Origin: the human T2T-CHM13v2.0 reference genome, Homo sapiens | Length of the DNA: 64,000 nt | Assembly (NCBI RefSeq): GCF_009914755.1 | Contig: NC_060935.1 | Direction: 5' to 3' (one strand) | Notes under the pieces: model-generated | What the model was told of the DNA's origin: nothing | What the model saw: only the letters and a program-made list of their open reading frames with translations | Database searches by the model: none | Program-made: the position numbers and the translations under genes | Part shown: positions 1 through 12,909 of the stretch, one piece after another | Position numbering within the stretch: the stretch's first letter is position 1 | Layout: every line of letters starts with the position of its first letter

Positions 1-129
1 AAGAGAAGTAAATAGCCTTTCTTTATACTTTCTAGAAGTTGAGCTCAATGTTCTTTCGGAGAGAGCAGGCTCATCTCCATTATGTAGCGCCAATGACAAA
101 TACCTGTATATGTCTGTATTTCCTTGGTC

Positions 130-545
130 TGTCTTGCTCACCTGTTAAGACACCTTGCTGCACAACAGATGGCACATGCTTATCTTGTGGCAGTGAAGAG
201 TTGACATCAAAGGCCAAGAAGACCTTGAAACTCATCCTTTTCAGCCCACAAGAGCAGCTTCTCTCTACCACAGACGATGAAAGCTGGAGATAACAGGGGC
301 ATTCCCACCGCTGCACTCTCTCTTGTGGCCAGCTGACAGTTAACACAGGTGGGCGTGAGGTGCTGCCTACATTTTGAAGGTTGTCTATTGATGGGGAACA
401 CCACCTCTCTGAGCTCAGGCCTCTGCTTTGGCCCGTGGAGCTGCTGCTTCTGAGAAGTAACCAGGTGGTGAATACCTGCCTGCTTTTCAGAAAATCCGAG
501 GTGGCTGTCAAAACACCCACTATCATTCAAAGGCTGTCAGGCAAG
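130..545. promoter_or_regulatory. Candidate enhancer/promoter: cluster of TCF/LEF, E-box and Meis/TGIF motifs in non-repeat sequence
   Basis: ACATCAAAGG 204-213 and ATTCAAAGG 525-533; E-boxes at 139, 166, 330, 346 and 462; TGACAG/CTGTCA at 334, 505 and 534; GGGCGTG at 351. Confidence 0.35.
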
Positions 546-1080
546 GTGGCCGTTTGAGGGGCCACTTTAGTTCTTGGTTTTTTTCAGAAGTCGAATTGGA
601 TTGCCAAACAGCTTGCTCAACTGCCTCTTCCCATAAGCTAGATGGGAGGAAGGCTGGGTCTGTGTAACTTGGGGTGCGCACAACTAAAGTGCATAAAAAG
701 AGAAGGAAGTGTTAAACGAGTCTGCCATTCCCCAAGCAAACATCATTTCATTGAAATTACACTGTGCTATTTTATCTTGACCCACAACCAAATGGAACTT
801 GTAATACATTATCACATACGAGATAGTTAGCTCATTAATAAAACCCCAGGCAGGAGATGTAAACAATGAAAACTCCCACACATTACCACTATAATGCACT
901 ACGATATTTTTCCTTCTTTTCATCAAAATTCTCCATGTAATTAAATCCCAAGTAAGTCAGCAAAAAAATCCTCATCTTTATTTATTGCACTTTTTTTGAA
1001 GTGAATTAGTTATTTTTCATACTGCTAAGTAGAAAATAAGCACAAACTCTGGGTCAGTGCTGAAAGTTTTCCTTATACAC

Positions 1081-1800
1081 AATAAATATTTATTGAATGC
1101 TTTTGCTCTGCCACCGGCACTCAAGAATTATCAGTGAATGAGACTGAACACATATTAGTAATCAATGCTATAATGAACATCAATCTGATTGAAGTGAGAG
1201 CGAGCATTTGGGTGCTCAGAGAAAGCCTCACTAAGGAAGTTACCAGTAAACTGAGTCTAGGATGCAAGATGGCGCTGAGCCTGCCATGACCTGGGGAAAG
1301 AGAGCTACTGGTTGAGTCAATAGCTGGATTAAAGACCAAGTTCGGTGTTCAGAGGAACATGAGGAAGGCCTATGTGGCTGAAGTGCAGTGAGGAAAGGCA
1401 AAGTTTGCTAGAGATGAGATCAGACAGGTGAGGGCTCTGGAGACTGTGACGTTGCTGGCTATGATAGTGTATTGAATTCTAATCTCAGTGCCATGAGGAG
1501 CCATTAAGTTGTTTAAGCATTTACTGTGCTTTATACTTCAAGAGATCAACTCCACTTGATGGGTTGAGATGGAGTCAAGAGAATAAGCAGGGTGACCAGG
1601 TCACAGGTAGCCTTGCAGCAATCCAGGTGTGGGGTGATGGTGGCTTGGCTTGGATGTTATTGGTGGAGGTGCGGAGGAGTGGATGGATTGAGGACTTGTT
1701 CTGGTGGTAGAGTTGATCAACATATAGTATGAAATTATATGGAAAGAGTGAGTAAATGAGAGGAGTTGAGGCTGAATCCTAGGTTTTTGCTTCATAGGCT
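1081..1800 (-). mobile_element. L2 LINE fragment (3' part)
   Basis: Begins aataaatatttattgaatgc (antisense L2 tail); typical L2 motifs gaaggcctatgtggctgaagtgcagtgag and gagccattaagttgtttaagca. Confidence 0.65.
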
Positions 1801-2186
1801 TCTCTTCCATCTCCAAGGGTTAAAGCCAGGGATAAAGAAAAAGGTGTTGATTAGGGGTTGAGATTTGTCCAGAACTTTAAAAAATAACACTTTATGATAT
1901 TGTATGAGGTTTCATTCTCTATTATACCTCATGTTCTCTGAATTGGGTATAATACCTCTCTGACTTGGATAGCCAGGTGCTATCTTCCCTCTTTTCAAGT
2001 TAAAACCTGTGCATTATTTAATAATACAATCACTTTGCAATATCCCAGCCTCATTCTCAGTTATCTCAGCATCTAAAAGAGGTTTTAGGCCAGTCATATA
2101 AATATCATCTGTGCCTATAGCACCTAATGTAGACATAGAAATTGCCTAATAAATGCCTGAAATAAAATTGAATAGGGCTTTAGGGC

Positions 2187-2449
2187 AATAGTACTCAATG
2201 TGGTCTGCAGTCCTGGGTGGTTCTGTGAACTGTTTGTTATGAACCATTTGTTACTGCTCAAGGGGAAGATGAGTTTAGAAATGAAGAGACAACATTTAGA
2301 AACTTTTATAACAATTTGGAATTACTGTGACATCTAAGCAGCATTTATTTGTATTATATTTAATAAAATATCACTCTGAGATGGATTGGGAATTTAAAAT
2401 AAGACAACACAAAACTGACCTTTCACCCCAGATAGTTTGAGAAGCACTG
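2187..2449. mobile_element. hAT-Charlie MITE (MER5C-like)
   Basis: Termini caatagtactcaatgtggtc ... gtttgagaagcactg match MER5-family terminal inverted repeats (TIRs). Confidence 0.6.
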
Positions 2450-2563
2450 GTTGAGGGAATACACAATGTCATTGCCTTTCCAATTGAGAAAGATATATGT
2501 GATGGCATCCCATGACAGGTCAATGGCATTTAGGGGAAACAGAGCTAGTTCCTGCTTTCTTTC

Positions 2564-2833
2564 TTTTTTTTTTATTATTATACTTTAAGTTTTAGGGTAC
2601 ATGTGCACAATGTGCAGGTTAGTTACATATGTATACATGTGACATGCTGGTGCGCTGCACCCACTAACTCGTCATCTAGCATTAGGTATATCTCCCAATG
2701 CTATCCATCCCCCTCCCCCCACCCTACAACAGTCCCCAGAGTGTGATGTTCCCGTTTCTGTGTCCATGTGTTCTCATTGTTCAATTCCCACCTATGAGTG
2801 AGAATATGCGGTATTTGGTTTTTTGTTCTTGCG
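2564..2833 (-). mobile_element. Young 5'-truncated L1PA2/3-type 3' UTR
   Basis: Poly-T followed by ttattatactttaagttttagggtacatgtgcac...; has GAG (not ACA) and CTTAAAG (not CTTAGAG) diagnostics, so it is not L1-Ta. Confidence 0.9.
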
Positions 2834-3604
2834 TTTTTTTCCAATCACAGGTGAGTCCTGGAGAGTCCAGGACTCTCCTGATGTAACATCTGTGAGTTTC
2901 TGAAAAGTGGAAAAAGGGAAGGAATTCCAGGAGTCCACATTGTGGGAAAGAATACAACTGAACTTGAATAGGCAATAAAAAACTTATGTGTGGAGAGGGC
3001 CAATCTTATCCTTGTTTCCTTCTAAGGAATGTTCTGTAAGCTGCTCCCAACAGGCAGTTTGAAATTGCTTTGCCCTTTCAGAAAGCCACAGAATTTGGCG
3101 TTAGAAGGCACTTTTGAGAATGTTTACTTCAATTCCCTCATCCTACAGATGAAGGGACTGATGTCCTAAGGATACCTTTTGAGAAGAACAATTCCCTTTG
3201 GGTCCAGAATCCCGGGATAGAGGGCACCTGCTGATCTTTTTCCCCATAAACCAAGCTGAGGTTGTGGGTCTGTTTTTCACACTGCTCATTTTTCAGGGTT
3301 GTGATTTTGATCATTTTCACAAACCTACATCCCTGTGGAGCTCATGAACCCATTTTAGTATCTTGTTTTGACATAAACTGAAGTCCTGTTCAGTTGTAAA
3401 TTTGGGCTGGGAAAAATACAATCTCATGCTACAGCAGCCTTCCTCGGTTTGTACATCTGTCATTGGAAATATTTGCCAAGAAAACTTCATGCAGCGTTTT
3501 TCATGAGGAAACCAAGCAACAAGTGTGATTGGTCTATATCCCCTCTCCCTCCTCTTCCAGTAGGATTTTATGGGCATTTAATTGCTTTATTGAGGGTTTT
3601 CAGT

Positions 3605-3830
3605 TAGTGAATGAGAGGACAGGTTCTGGGGTCAGAAAAAGTAGGGTTTGAGTTCAGCATATTTTAGTTGGGTGATTGTATAGATAATGTATCTGCTATG
3701 GGCTTGCTTTACTCATCTTCAAAGTGGAGGTAATATTACTTACTTTGCAGTGTTGTGACAGTTAAAAGGAACGATCCGTGCATACACCTAGCATGCTGCC
3801 TGCCGTAAAATCAGTACTACTTGATAGTAG
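3605..3830 (+). mobile_element. MIR SINE
   Basis: gggtttgagttcagc...tttactcatcttcaaagtggaggtaatatt...acctagcatgctgcctgcc, MIR core. Confidence 0.6.
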
Positions 3831-4459
3831 GTTGTTGTAAGCAGATGTATCTGTCAAGGGGAAGTGAATAATGAAAGCAGGGGACCAAGTGACCAGGTCG
3901 GCTGCCCAGTCAAGTCCGGTGTGAGGAGCATCTGTTGCTGAGATGTGGCAAGAGGCAACAGACTTTACTAGGTACCGAATGGGGTAAAGGGAGCCCCCAG
4001 GTGGGAGCTGCTAGTCTCTCTCAATGCCTTTATTTTCTGGATGGGCTGTTTCCCATGCAGGGAATTAGAAGTGGTGATAATACAACCTATCTGGGCAATC
4101 TGAGAGTGAGCCCAAGTCCTAAGCTGTGAGTCCCCATCCCAGCAGTTCATTTGTAAAAAGAAGGTAGAAGTCCCTGTGAAAGCTGGCCATAGCAGAGGAC
4201 ACTGTGCAAAGTAGAAATGTTAAAGGCAAGCAAATGAGGATAGAGATGTGGGTTGGAAATCAAGACAGGGGCCAGGTGGTTTACCAGCACAGAGGAAGTC
4301 AGGTCTCAGGGAGAGCAGATGTCTATAGCCAGGATTGGGATCTAGTGTGAGGCTCTCAGTTTCATACCCCTGTGCCACAGAAGGCAATGTTACAGCAAAT
4401 GGAGCTGGGTTGATTGAGCACATCAAGCGTCACCGAGATGCGTGGTTTTAAGCACATTT

Positions 4460-4620
4460 CTCATCCCCTCCATGTCTCATTTTTCTAAGATGCAAATAGG
4501 GTTAATCCCTACCTTGCAGGTCTATAATAAGGACAAGAGAAAATGCATATTAAATGTCTATCGCAGTGTCAGGTATGTCCCAGATGGTAAAAAAGTTAGC
4601 AGCTATTCTTACTTATTAGT
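4460..4620 (+). mobile_element. MIR SINE fragment
   Basis: ctcatttttctaagatgcaaatagggttaatccctaccttgcagg, MIR core. Confidence 0.5.
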
Positions 4621-5202
4621 GCCTCTTCTGGTTCCTAAGGGATATAAAGTCCCTTGAGGTTGAAGAGTCCAGAAAGATGTATGTATGACAGTCCTTTCAA
4701 ACTCCAGTAAATAGAATGGTTTACTCAGACTAGCGTTTCCAAACGCGAGTTTAGAATATTAAGGCCTTGAGATGCTGAAGAATAAAAGAGCTTTTATGGC
4801 CAAATATTTGAAATCTCTCCTTTTGGAATTTCAAGGTTGTACTCTAGAACAGTAAAGGCTCTGAGAAGTCCTGTAGTAAAGATGTTTTTGCTTAACCTGG
4901 TATGGAGCATTTCCAAACTCACTGTCTCTTTTCTTTTTTTCTTCATTCCTTCTTTCCTTTCTCCCTTCCTGTCTCCTAGAACACTCTTAAGATTTTGCTA
5001 GCTTTGAGTAAGGAACACTAAGGCCTACTTTGAATGTCTGAATAATCCATCCCCGAGTCTCAGCTAATGAAATCCCCACAGTTCTCCAACAGAAGTAAAA
5101 AGTATTGCCTGGAGAATATTCAGTCTTATTCTTTGTCAATACTTCTGAAAAACAGCTTTCTGTTCTGTGGGTTAGCTCGAAGCTGATTGGATTTTCTAGA
5201 AT

Positions 5203-5438
5203 AACACTTCTCAAATCTTAATGTGCATGTAAGTCCTCTAGGGAACTTGTTAAAATACAGATTCTGGTCCTGCAGGTCTAGGGTGGGGCCTGAGATATTC
5301 TAACAAGCTCCCTGGTGATGTTTGTTAGAGAAGCAGACTCTCAGGTCTTACCCTGGATCTACTGAGTCAAAATATGCACCTTAACGCGACCCCCCCCCCC
5401 GGTGATTTTTATGCACATAAAAGCTTGAGAAGCACTGG
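5203..5438. mobile_element. Two adjacent MER5A-type hAT-Charlie elements
   Basis: cttctcaaatcttaatgtgcat...cttgttaaaatacagattctgg...ggtctagggtggggcctgaga; the second ends aagcttgagaagcactg. Confidence 0.7.
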
Positions 5439-5443
5439 TCAGA

Positions 5444-5630
5444 TCAGGGTTCCTCAGTCTCAGCTCTATTGACACTTTGGGCCTGATAATTCTTTGTAGT
5501 GGGAACCATCCTCTGGCTTTTGCTCCACATGTCAGCAGCAACCTTCTTCCAATTGTGGCAACCAAAAATTTCTCCAGGAATTGACAAGTGTGTCTCGGGG
5601 AGCAAAACTGCCCCAGTTGAGAACCACCAG
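5444..5630 (+). mobile_element. MER20 DNA transposon
   Basis: cagggttcctcagtctcagctctattgacactttgggcctgataattctttgt ... gcaaaactgccccagttgagaaccac. Confidence 0.8.
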
Positions 5631-5824
5631 TCTAGAGCCATCGAACTGTCTCCTCTTTCTGTTCCTGAGCCATTCAGAGAGATTTTAAATGAGATAATCA
5701 AGTGACTATTGCCTATCCATGGTTCTCAGAGCTGCTGCGTATCACAGTCATCCAGGGAGATTTGCAGATTCTGGCTCACTAGATTTGAGGAAAATCTTAG
5801 AAACTTGTATTAAAAAAAAAAAAG

Positions 5825-5995
5825 AGTAACATTTAATTTGTATCAGGTACTGTTCTAGAACCTTTACACACATTAACTCATTTAATTATCATAAAACTCC
5901 CTAAGTAGGTATCAGTATTATTTCCATTTTGCAGGTTAGGAAATTGAGCCACAGAGTAACTTCTTAAGCTTGCAGAGCCAGTACTAGAACCTGGC
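5825..5995 (-). mobile_element. MIR SINE
   Basis: cattaactcatttaattatcataaaac...ccattttgcaggttagggaaattgagccacagag. Confidence 0.7.
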
Positions 5996-6784
5996 TTGGG
6001 AGGGGAGGTGTCTGTCTTTTTTTTTTTTTGGCTGCAATTAGCTTTCTCAAAAGATGATTGTAGCAGTAAAAAAGGTTGAAGGTTGTCTGTTTGGAGTCAG
6101 TCAGCACTTGGGAACAGTGTCACAGTTCTGGTGGCCCTGATGGTGGCTTGTATGAGGACTATACAGCCTGACTCTCTCACCCTCTTGATAGTTATCTATT
6201 TCAGCACTTGGAAAGACTGGGCTACTGCCATTTTCAGAGTAGTGTCCTTATGCCAAGATTATTGCATTGTTTATTTCATATGGACATAGTAATATTGTTC
6301 ACCATTCAGGACATTTTGACCCATTTCCCCCAGAAATTTGACAGAATTAATGGACTTTTCTTGATCCATTATTATCCCCCACTCCCCGAAATGTTTGGTT
6401 TACATCAGATAAAAGCTTATATCTTGAGTTTCCAAATTAAATCAGGGAAATGGAAATGATATACACTTCCTAGTGACACTTTATGAATGAAGAAATAGTC
6501 ACTTTAAAAAATCCAGGGTTTATGTAATCAACACTAGTGTTACTGACATCTTTAGTCTATCATGAATGATTATCATTTATTTTCACCACACTTGATACAG
6601 AATGATGGTGTTAAAGCTATAATTAATTACACTGGTGAGAGCTGAATTGTGAGCCACATGAGAACAAGATAAAACTTTTAAAAGGCCTTAATGCAAGGTT
6701 CTTCACTTAGGTCCAAACATCCAGGCACACAAGTTACTAGGAATATTTCCTGGAATTACTTCTAGGATTAAAGCTGTTAAAAAA

Positions 6785-7040
6785 TAATAAGAGCTAGAAT
6801 GAATAAATATTTACTCTATTTCAGACATTGTTATAAGTTCTTTAAGTATATATTAACTCATTTAGTCTCTTTAACAGCGCTTTAGGGTAGGTGTTATTAT
6901 TACTGGCATCTTACAAATGAGAACATTAAGGAACAGAAAGGTTGTCTACCTTGCTCAAAGTCACACAGCTGGCAAATGGCTGAGCTGGTATTCCAACCCA
7001 GGTGCTCTGCTTCTCGAAACTGGGCTCTGCATCACTCTTA
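6785..7040 (-). mobile_element. MIR SINE
   Basis: attaactcatttagtctc...ttacaaatgagaacattaagg...ttgctcaaagtcacacagct...attccaacccagg. Confidence 0.75.
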
Positions 7041-8314
7041 CTGGCTTTTGATTGGGATTATATCAATTCTCTGTGGTGATGCTGGTGGCCCTGTGCTGAA
7101 TTGGGCACTTCCTATGTCCTACATTAATTTTTAAAATGAGGATCAAAGGAGTGTTTGTTATAATTTCATTTGTTTTACTGGCAAAATCTTCCAAAACATA
7201 GATTCCATGGAAGTGTGGGGAAGCATATGATAAAAGGGACCCTTAACCGTTGAAGATAGTGGGCCAACATGGGTGATGACTATTCATGGTACCGTAATGT
7301 TACTCCCCTGCAATATTTCCATGTCAGAGAAGAATTCCCTGGAGTTACTCAGGAGGAAGTTTAAGGGGTCACAGAAATGCTGGAGTAGAGATCTGGGACC
7401 AGGGAAACCTATTAAGGGTTCCCATTTGTCATGGAGGCTGCCATGTCTATTGTCTAAATAAGGCACTTCTTTGGCTTTCAGCAGAGGTTACCAGTACTCT
7501 TTATGGTGATGAATATTGCAAGTGAACACTTTTTTCAAGAGAACGGAGATGAACAAACAAGACTAGAAGTTCTTTCTCTCCACTGCTCTCCCATTCTAAG
7601 AACTACTAATGATCTTGTCCCTATCTGGACTATTAAAATACGTAGCTCTGAGCTTTTACTGAAAGAAAGAACATGTTTCCATCATTCTTTTTGCCCTCTT
7701 CTGAGTATTCTGAAGGAGCTCTGGTCAAGGGTTCCAGGAGCTCTGAATGTAGCTACTGGCAGCCCCATAATAAATTTACTACCTGAGTGTCCCACAGTTC
7801 CCCATAGCCTGGGAGCTATTTCAGTGGAAATTGTGATTTTCACTGAAGAAGTATTGCAGAACTCTGCTGAGTTGAGATATTTTGGAAAATCCATTCTTTT
7901 AGAATTCTCATTTAAAACCTAAAAAAAAAGATATGAAAATCAATTAACTTCACACATGAAAAAATTCCTCATATGTTTAATCTTCCTTTATATAATTTCT
8001 TGATTATGTTTAGAAGTAAATTGCCTTGATTATACCTTGGATGGAAAGGAATGTCTTTTAATTAATTCGAAACATGCTGTAGAGATGCTGATTTGTAACA
8101 TAGAATGATAAATTGGGTTGAAAGCAATAAGTCTCTCTGATAGGAATGAGCTAGAGTTGGAGTTTTATGTTATTTTTGGCTGACTGGTGGACTCAGAGCT
8201 CTGCTTTCTTAAAGGGACAAACCAAAGAATTTGTGCCTTATGTGAAGGTCAGGCTGGATTTTATTGGCTTTTGGTTGCCTGATAATTTGTGAAATTATTT
8301 TGCCAACCTCACCT

Positions 8315-8616
8315 GTTTTTTTGTTGTTGTTGTTTTGTTTTTTGTTTTTAATAGACATGGTTTGACTAGGCTGGAGTGTAGTGATGTGATCATAGCTCAG
8401 TGCAGCCTCAAACTCCTGGGTTTAAGTGATCCTCTCACATCAGTGTTTTGAGTAACTGGGACTAAAAACGCACATCACCATGCCTGGCTAAATTTTGTTT
8501 ACTTTTTGTAGAGATGGGGTATCACTATGTTTCCCAGCAGGCTGGTCTCAAACTCCTGACCTCAAGAGATCCTTCCACAGTCCTGTGGTTACAGGCATGA
8601 GCCACCACTCCTAGCC
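8315..8616 (-). mobile_element. AluJ (diverged)
   Basis: gatcatagctcagtgcagcctcaaactcctgggtttaagtgatcc J-type motifs; (TTG/TTTTG)n tail. Confidence 0.85.
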
Positions 8617-8734
8617 CTCTTCTTCCTTTTTTTTTTTTAAAGACAAATTACCAAAGTCATAAACTGAGACACTGGCATATACAAAGCTAAGAACTCTAAT
8701 ATATATTTGAATGACAGAGCTGGATAAAACAATT

Positions 8735-8930
8735 CTAGAACAATATCTAGTGGCTGTGAGGATATTATCTCATCTAATTTTTTAACTCACTTTTCAGCTG
8801 AGGAAACTTTGCAGCAAGATTAAAGAACCTGAACAAAGTCACAAGGTTAGTTAGTGGTTTTGCCTGGTTTCAAAGTCAGATCTATTTGATTCCAAACCTA
8901 TGCTCTTAACTGTTCTGCTATGCTGCCTCT
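8735..8930 (-). mobile_element. MIR SINE fragment
   Basis: ttttcagctgaggaaact...aaagtcacaagg...gattccaaacctatgctcttaac. Confidence 0.55.
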
Positions 8931-9012
8931 TCTGTGGCTCTTAGGAATTTGGGGACTTCTTGTGTGATTAGTGGCAAAATCCAAGTTAGTAAAGATGCTT
9001 AGTCTAACATTT

Positions 9013-9087
9013 TTGGTGCAAAAGTAATTGTAGTTTTTGCTATTAAAAGTAATGCCAAAACCCACAATAACTTTTGCACCAACCTAA
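9013..9087. mobile_element. MADE1 (Hsmar1-derived mariner MITE), palindromic
   Basis: ttggtgcaaaagtaattgtagtttttgc...aaaacccacaataacttttgcaccaacctaa; Hsmar1 TIRs. Confidence 0.9.
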
Positions 9088-9256
9088 TAGGTGGCTCGTG
9101 AGTTTTAATGTAGGGATTTAGGTACCAGAGAGCCTACTGTGTCTTTTATTCTTTAGTTATCTTACACGACCCTATTTAAATTTAGGGTTGATAAAAGATT
9201 TAATGCAATAAAAAGCATTATTAGTCTTTGTTATGAGGCCACTGTTTATTTCCAAG

Positions 9257-10126
<870 letters not shown>

Positions 10127-10829
10127 CCAAGAAATTCTTCAAGTGTAAGTAAATGTATGGAAACTGTTTGTTTATTTCTAGGGTTTAAAGTATGTTGTGC
10201 CATTAAAACAATGAAAAACACTTTCAATGAGGAAATCTCTGAATATTTTGCGACAGAATTTTTTAAAATAGATCATCGGGGTGAGGTAGGGTGGTAGATT
10301 TATACTAATGTCAAAGAGACCCCTTTCTTTACTATTTGTATCCTGACTTCTTGAAAATCACTGAACTTGTTGGTTTCTCCCTTTCTTAACAGAAGGGTCA
10401 TGGTTTCAAGAGAAGTCTCTCTTCATCAGAGAAAGTTTTATGAAAGTCAGGAGGGCCTGGAGAACTGTGCTTAAGCCAGATGTTTACTGTACTTTGAGAT
10501 ACATTGAGAAGATGTTAAACAGCTTCCAAAAGCCTGTAATTGATTAATATGAGTTATGTAATCCTCATTTCTCAGATGGAGAAATCAGGCCTATAATAGT
10601 TAATGTTAGAGGTTATCCAGGATATTGTAGAATTATTCTATTCTTCCTGATATTTAATTTCTATTTGGTTTTATTTTAACCTAAGGCAACTAAACATTCA
10701 GATACATTTAATTATTTTAATTCTATGGCATAATGTAAAATATCTTAAAATCACATATGTAATAAGCATGCAATATGTAAAATCTGGAACACACTTGCAA
10801 AGCACAAAGGAAGAAAAACCTCTTGCCAA

Positions 10830-11453
10830 TCGAGTAAACTTCTCTAACAAACATAGGAGAAAAAAGTGTTATTATTGAATAAGCATTGAACCAGAATGGG
10901 ATACACATCCCAGGCAATCCATTAAGTGATTTTGGCAAAGACAGAAAGAAGTCTCATGCTTTTACAAAGCCAGACAGATGCAACCCATTACATACATGTT
11001 TTCAAGATAAACAAAACTGATCCTCAAGAGGACTTGCCGGCACCATTTGTTATAGGCAGTTCGTTCTAAAATCACCTGGAATTTCGGGGTGATCATCCGC
11101 ATTTGATAATAGCCTTTATCCAAGGGAAAAACGAAATTCCCACCTCTTTATGATAGGAGGGAGACTTGCAATTTGGATCCAGGCATCAATTGAAGTTAGG
11201 TTCCTACCCTGCCCAGGAAACTGAGAGATAGGAGCCTTAACTTCCTTAATGATTATATTTCAAAGAGATGGTTCCCAGGTTCTTGTGGAAACATTCCTGG
11301 GTTGTAAAATTGGTAAGAGCCTTCTTTAGCTTTTAAAAATATTTATATACATTTCAAAGTAGCAGAGTAAGAGCTTACACTTACTAGTTTTCTAAGGTAA
11401 ATGCCCAAAGAAGAGGGCAAGGGGGAAGGTCTCTTTCCTTTTTCTTTGCAACA
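10830..11453 (-). mobile_element. ERV1-class solo LTR (MER67/MER89-like)
   Basis: ttcaaagagatggttcccagg...cattcctgggttgtaaaattgg...agttttctaaggtaaatgc; ends ...ttgcaaca. Confidence 0.65.
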
Positions 11454-11465
11454 AAAAGAATTGGC

Positions 11466-11493
11466 TTTTTTTTTTTTTTTTTTTTTTTTTTTT
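11466..11493 (+). repeat. Poly-T tract (28 nt)
   Basis: Read directly from the sequence. Confidence 0.95.
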
Positions 11494-12312
11494 GTCTGAT
11501 TTGTATTTGCCCTTCCATGCATAGTGTCAGCATCTCCGTGATCCCAGCAGGGCCCAGAGCCTGCCACGGGCCTCAAAGAGGAGAGCTGCAGAGATTGAGC
11601 AGATATTCTAGGCACAGGGAATGAGGTAAATTATTTGTAGTACTTTGTAACTTTTCTGTTGAAGAAGTCTGTCCTGAGAAAAGAGTTTTTCTCCCTTAAA
11701 TTTGACCCTTTCTTAGAAGACAGCCCTAAGAAACTGAGTCCTATGGCTAATGAGACTAACAGCATTTGTGATGCACACAGCCTTGCTCTGGAAGTCTGTC
11801 TAAAGCAAAGCCAGTGGAATTTGATGTCTTAGCCCTAATTGTTCCTGTGGGGGACCATTCCTGACCTGTTGAGGGCCATGAGCTCATCTCTGCTCATTGT
11901 GATGCCCCGACAAGGACAAGTCTGCAGGACACCCAGGAGGACCCGATGCTGTGGTTAAAGCCTCGTAAAGGGAGAGCCTGGAATAGAAAAGCAAGTAGGA
12001 GGGGCTCCCAGTGAAAAGTCTGGAGATGGGGAAAATCACGGTTGGGTTTGAAGGGATCATAATCCAGATGACTGGGGAGGCTCAGGAACAGAAGGAGCTC
12101 GATAGAGCTGAGGCCGGCAATACCTGGAGGGCCTTTTGAAAGAAAAATATCAACTTGGTACAGACTTGCACTCCATGGACAAATCCGTCTCTGATCTTTT
12201 CAAGAAATTTGAGAAACAGAAGGTGACTAAAGGCCGTGGAGAGCTTGAAGAATCACTGAGGCTGTGTGTTGAGGATTACAGAGCGAGAATCAGAAAGGCA
12301 GGCTGGAGATGC

Positions 12313-12909
12313 TGTTGGAAACCAGACTATGCCGCCCCCAGATACACTTCTTTGGCATATTTTGAGCCGGTTATTCAGAAAAACTGCAGACACAGAAATA
12401 GCACTGAAAAGCTATCATCTTATAGAGGAAATTTGCATCTATCCACATTGGTAAAGCAAACAGGGGATGCTGGCAGAGGTTTTCTCTGAGGTCCCCTATT
12501 CTAGGTCTAGGAAAGATGATCTCACAGGCAAAGGAGACTGAAGGTCAGTCACTTTTGAAGGTCTGGCAGAGGAACTTAATCACAAGCTCCCATCTCTTCT
12601 TTCTGAGGGCTGCTCCCTGAGATAATTCAGCATAATAAGACAGGTTGTGCTTATCCATGGCTTCCTCCCCTTATCCCCCCAGAATCTGTCACCACCTTCC
12701 CCCAGGAGCCCTAGCCTCTAGTTTTTTGTACAGTTATAAAAATTTCAGTCGTCAGTCCTTCTTCGGGTCTTCTATTTCATGTGGCTTCCATGTGCATGCA
12801 CACATAATAAATTTGCATACCTTTTCTCCTGTTAATCTACTATCATTTTGTTTTATAGCCTCGAATGATCCAACCTTCAAGGAGAAAGAGAATTATCTTT
12901 GTCTCTATG
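12313..12909 (+). mobile_element. MER34-like ERV1 solo LTR
   Basis: tgttggaaaccagactatgccgcccccaga...tttggcatattttgag...aaactgcagacacag; aataaatttgcataccttttctcctgttaatct poly(A) region. Confidence 0.75.

Noticed and set aside
80-530. Overlapping 148-aa and 107-aa - strand ORFs as a (de novo) protein gene
   Set aside because: No recognisable domain, overlapping frames, and lengths within chance expectation; the sequence looks more regulatory than coding
2564-2833. Active-lineage L1HS-Ta insertion
   Set aside because: It has the ancestral GAG and A diagnostics instead of ACA/G
7503-7922. 139-aa ATG-initiated ORF
   Set aside because: No homology I recognise and no supporting exon or promoter structure
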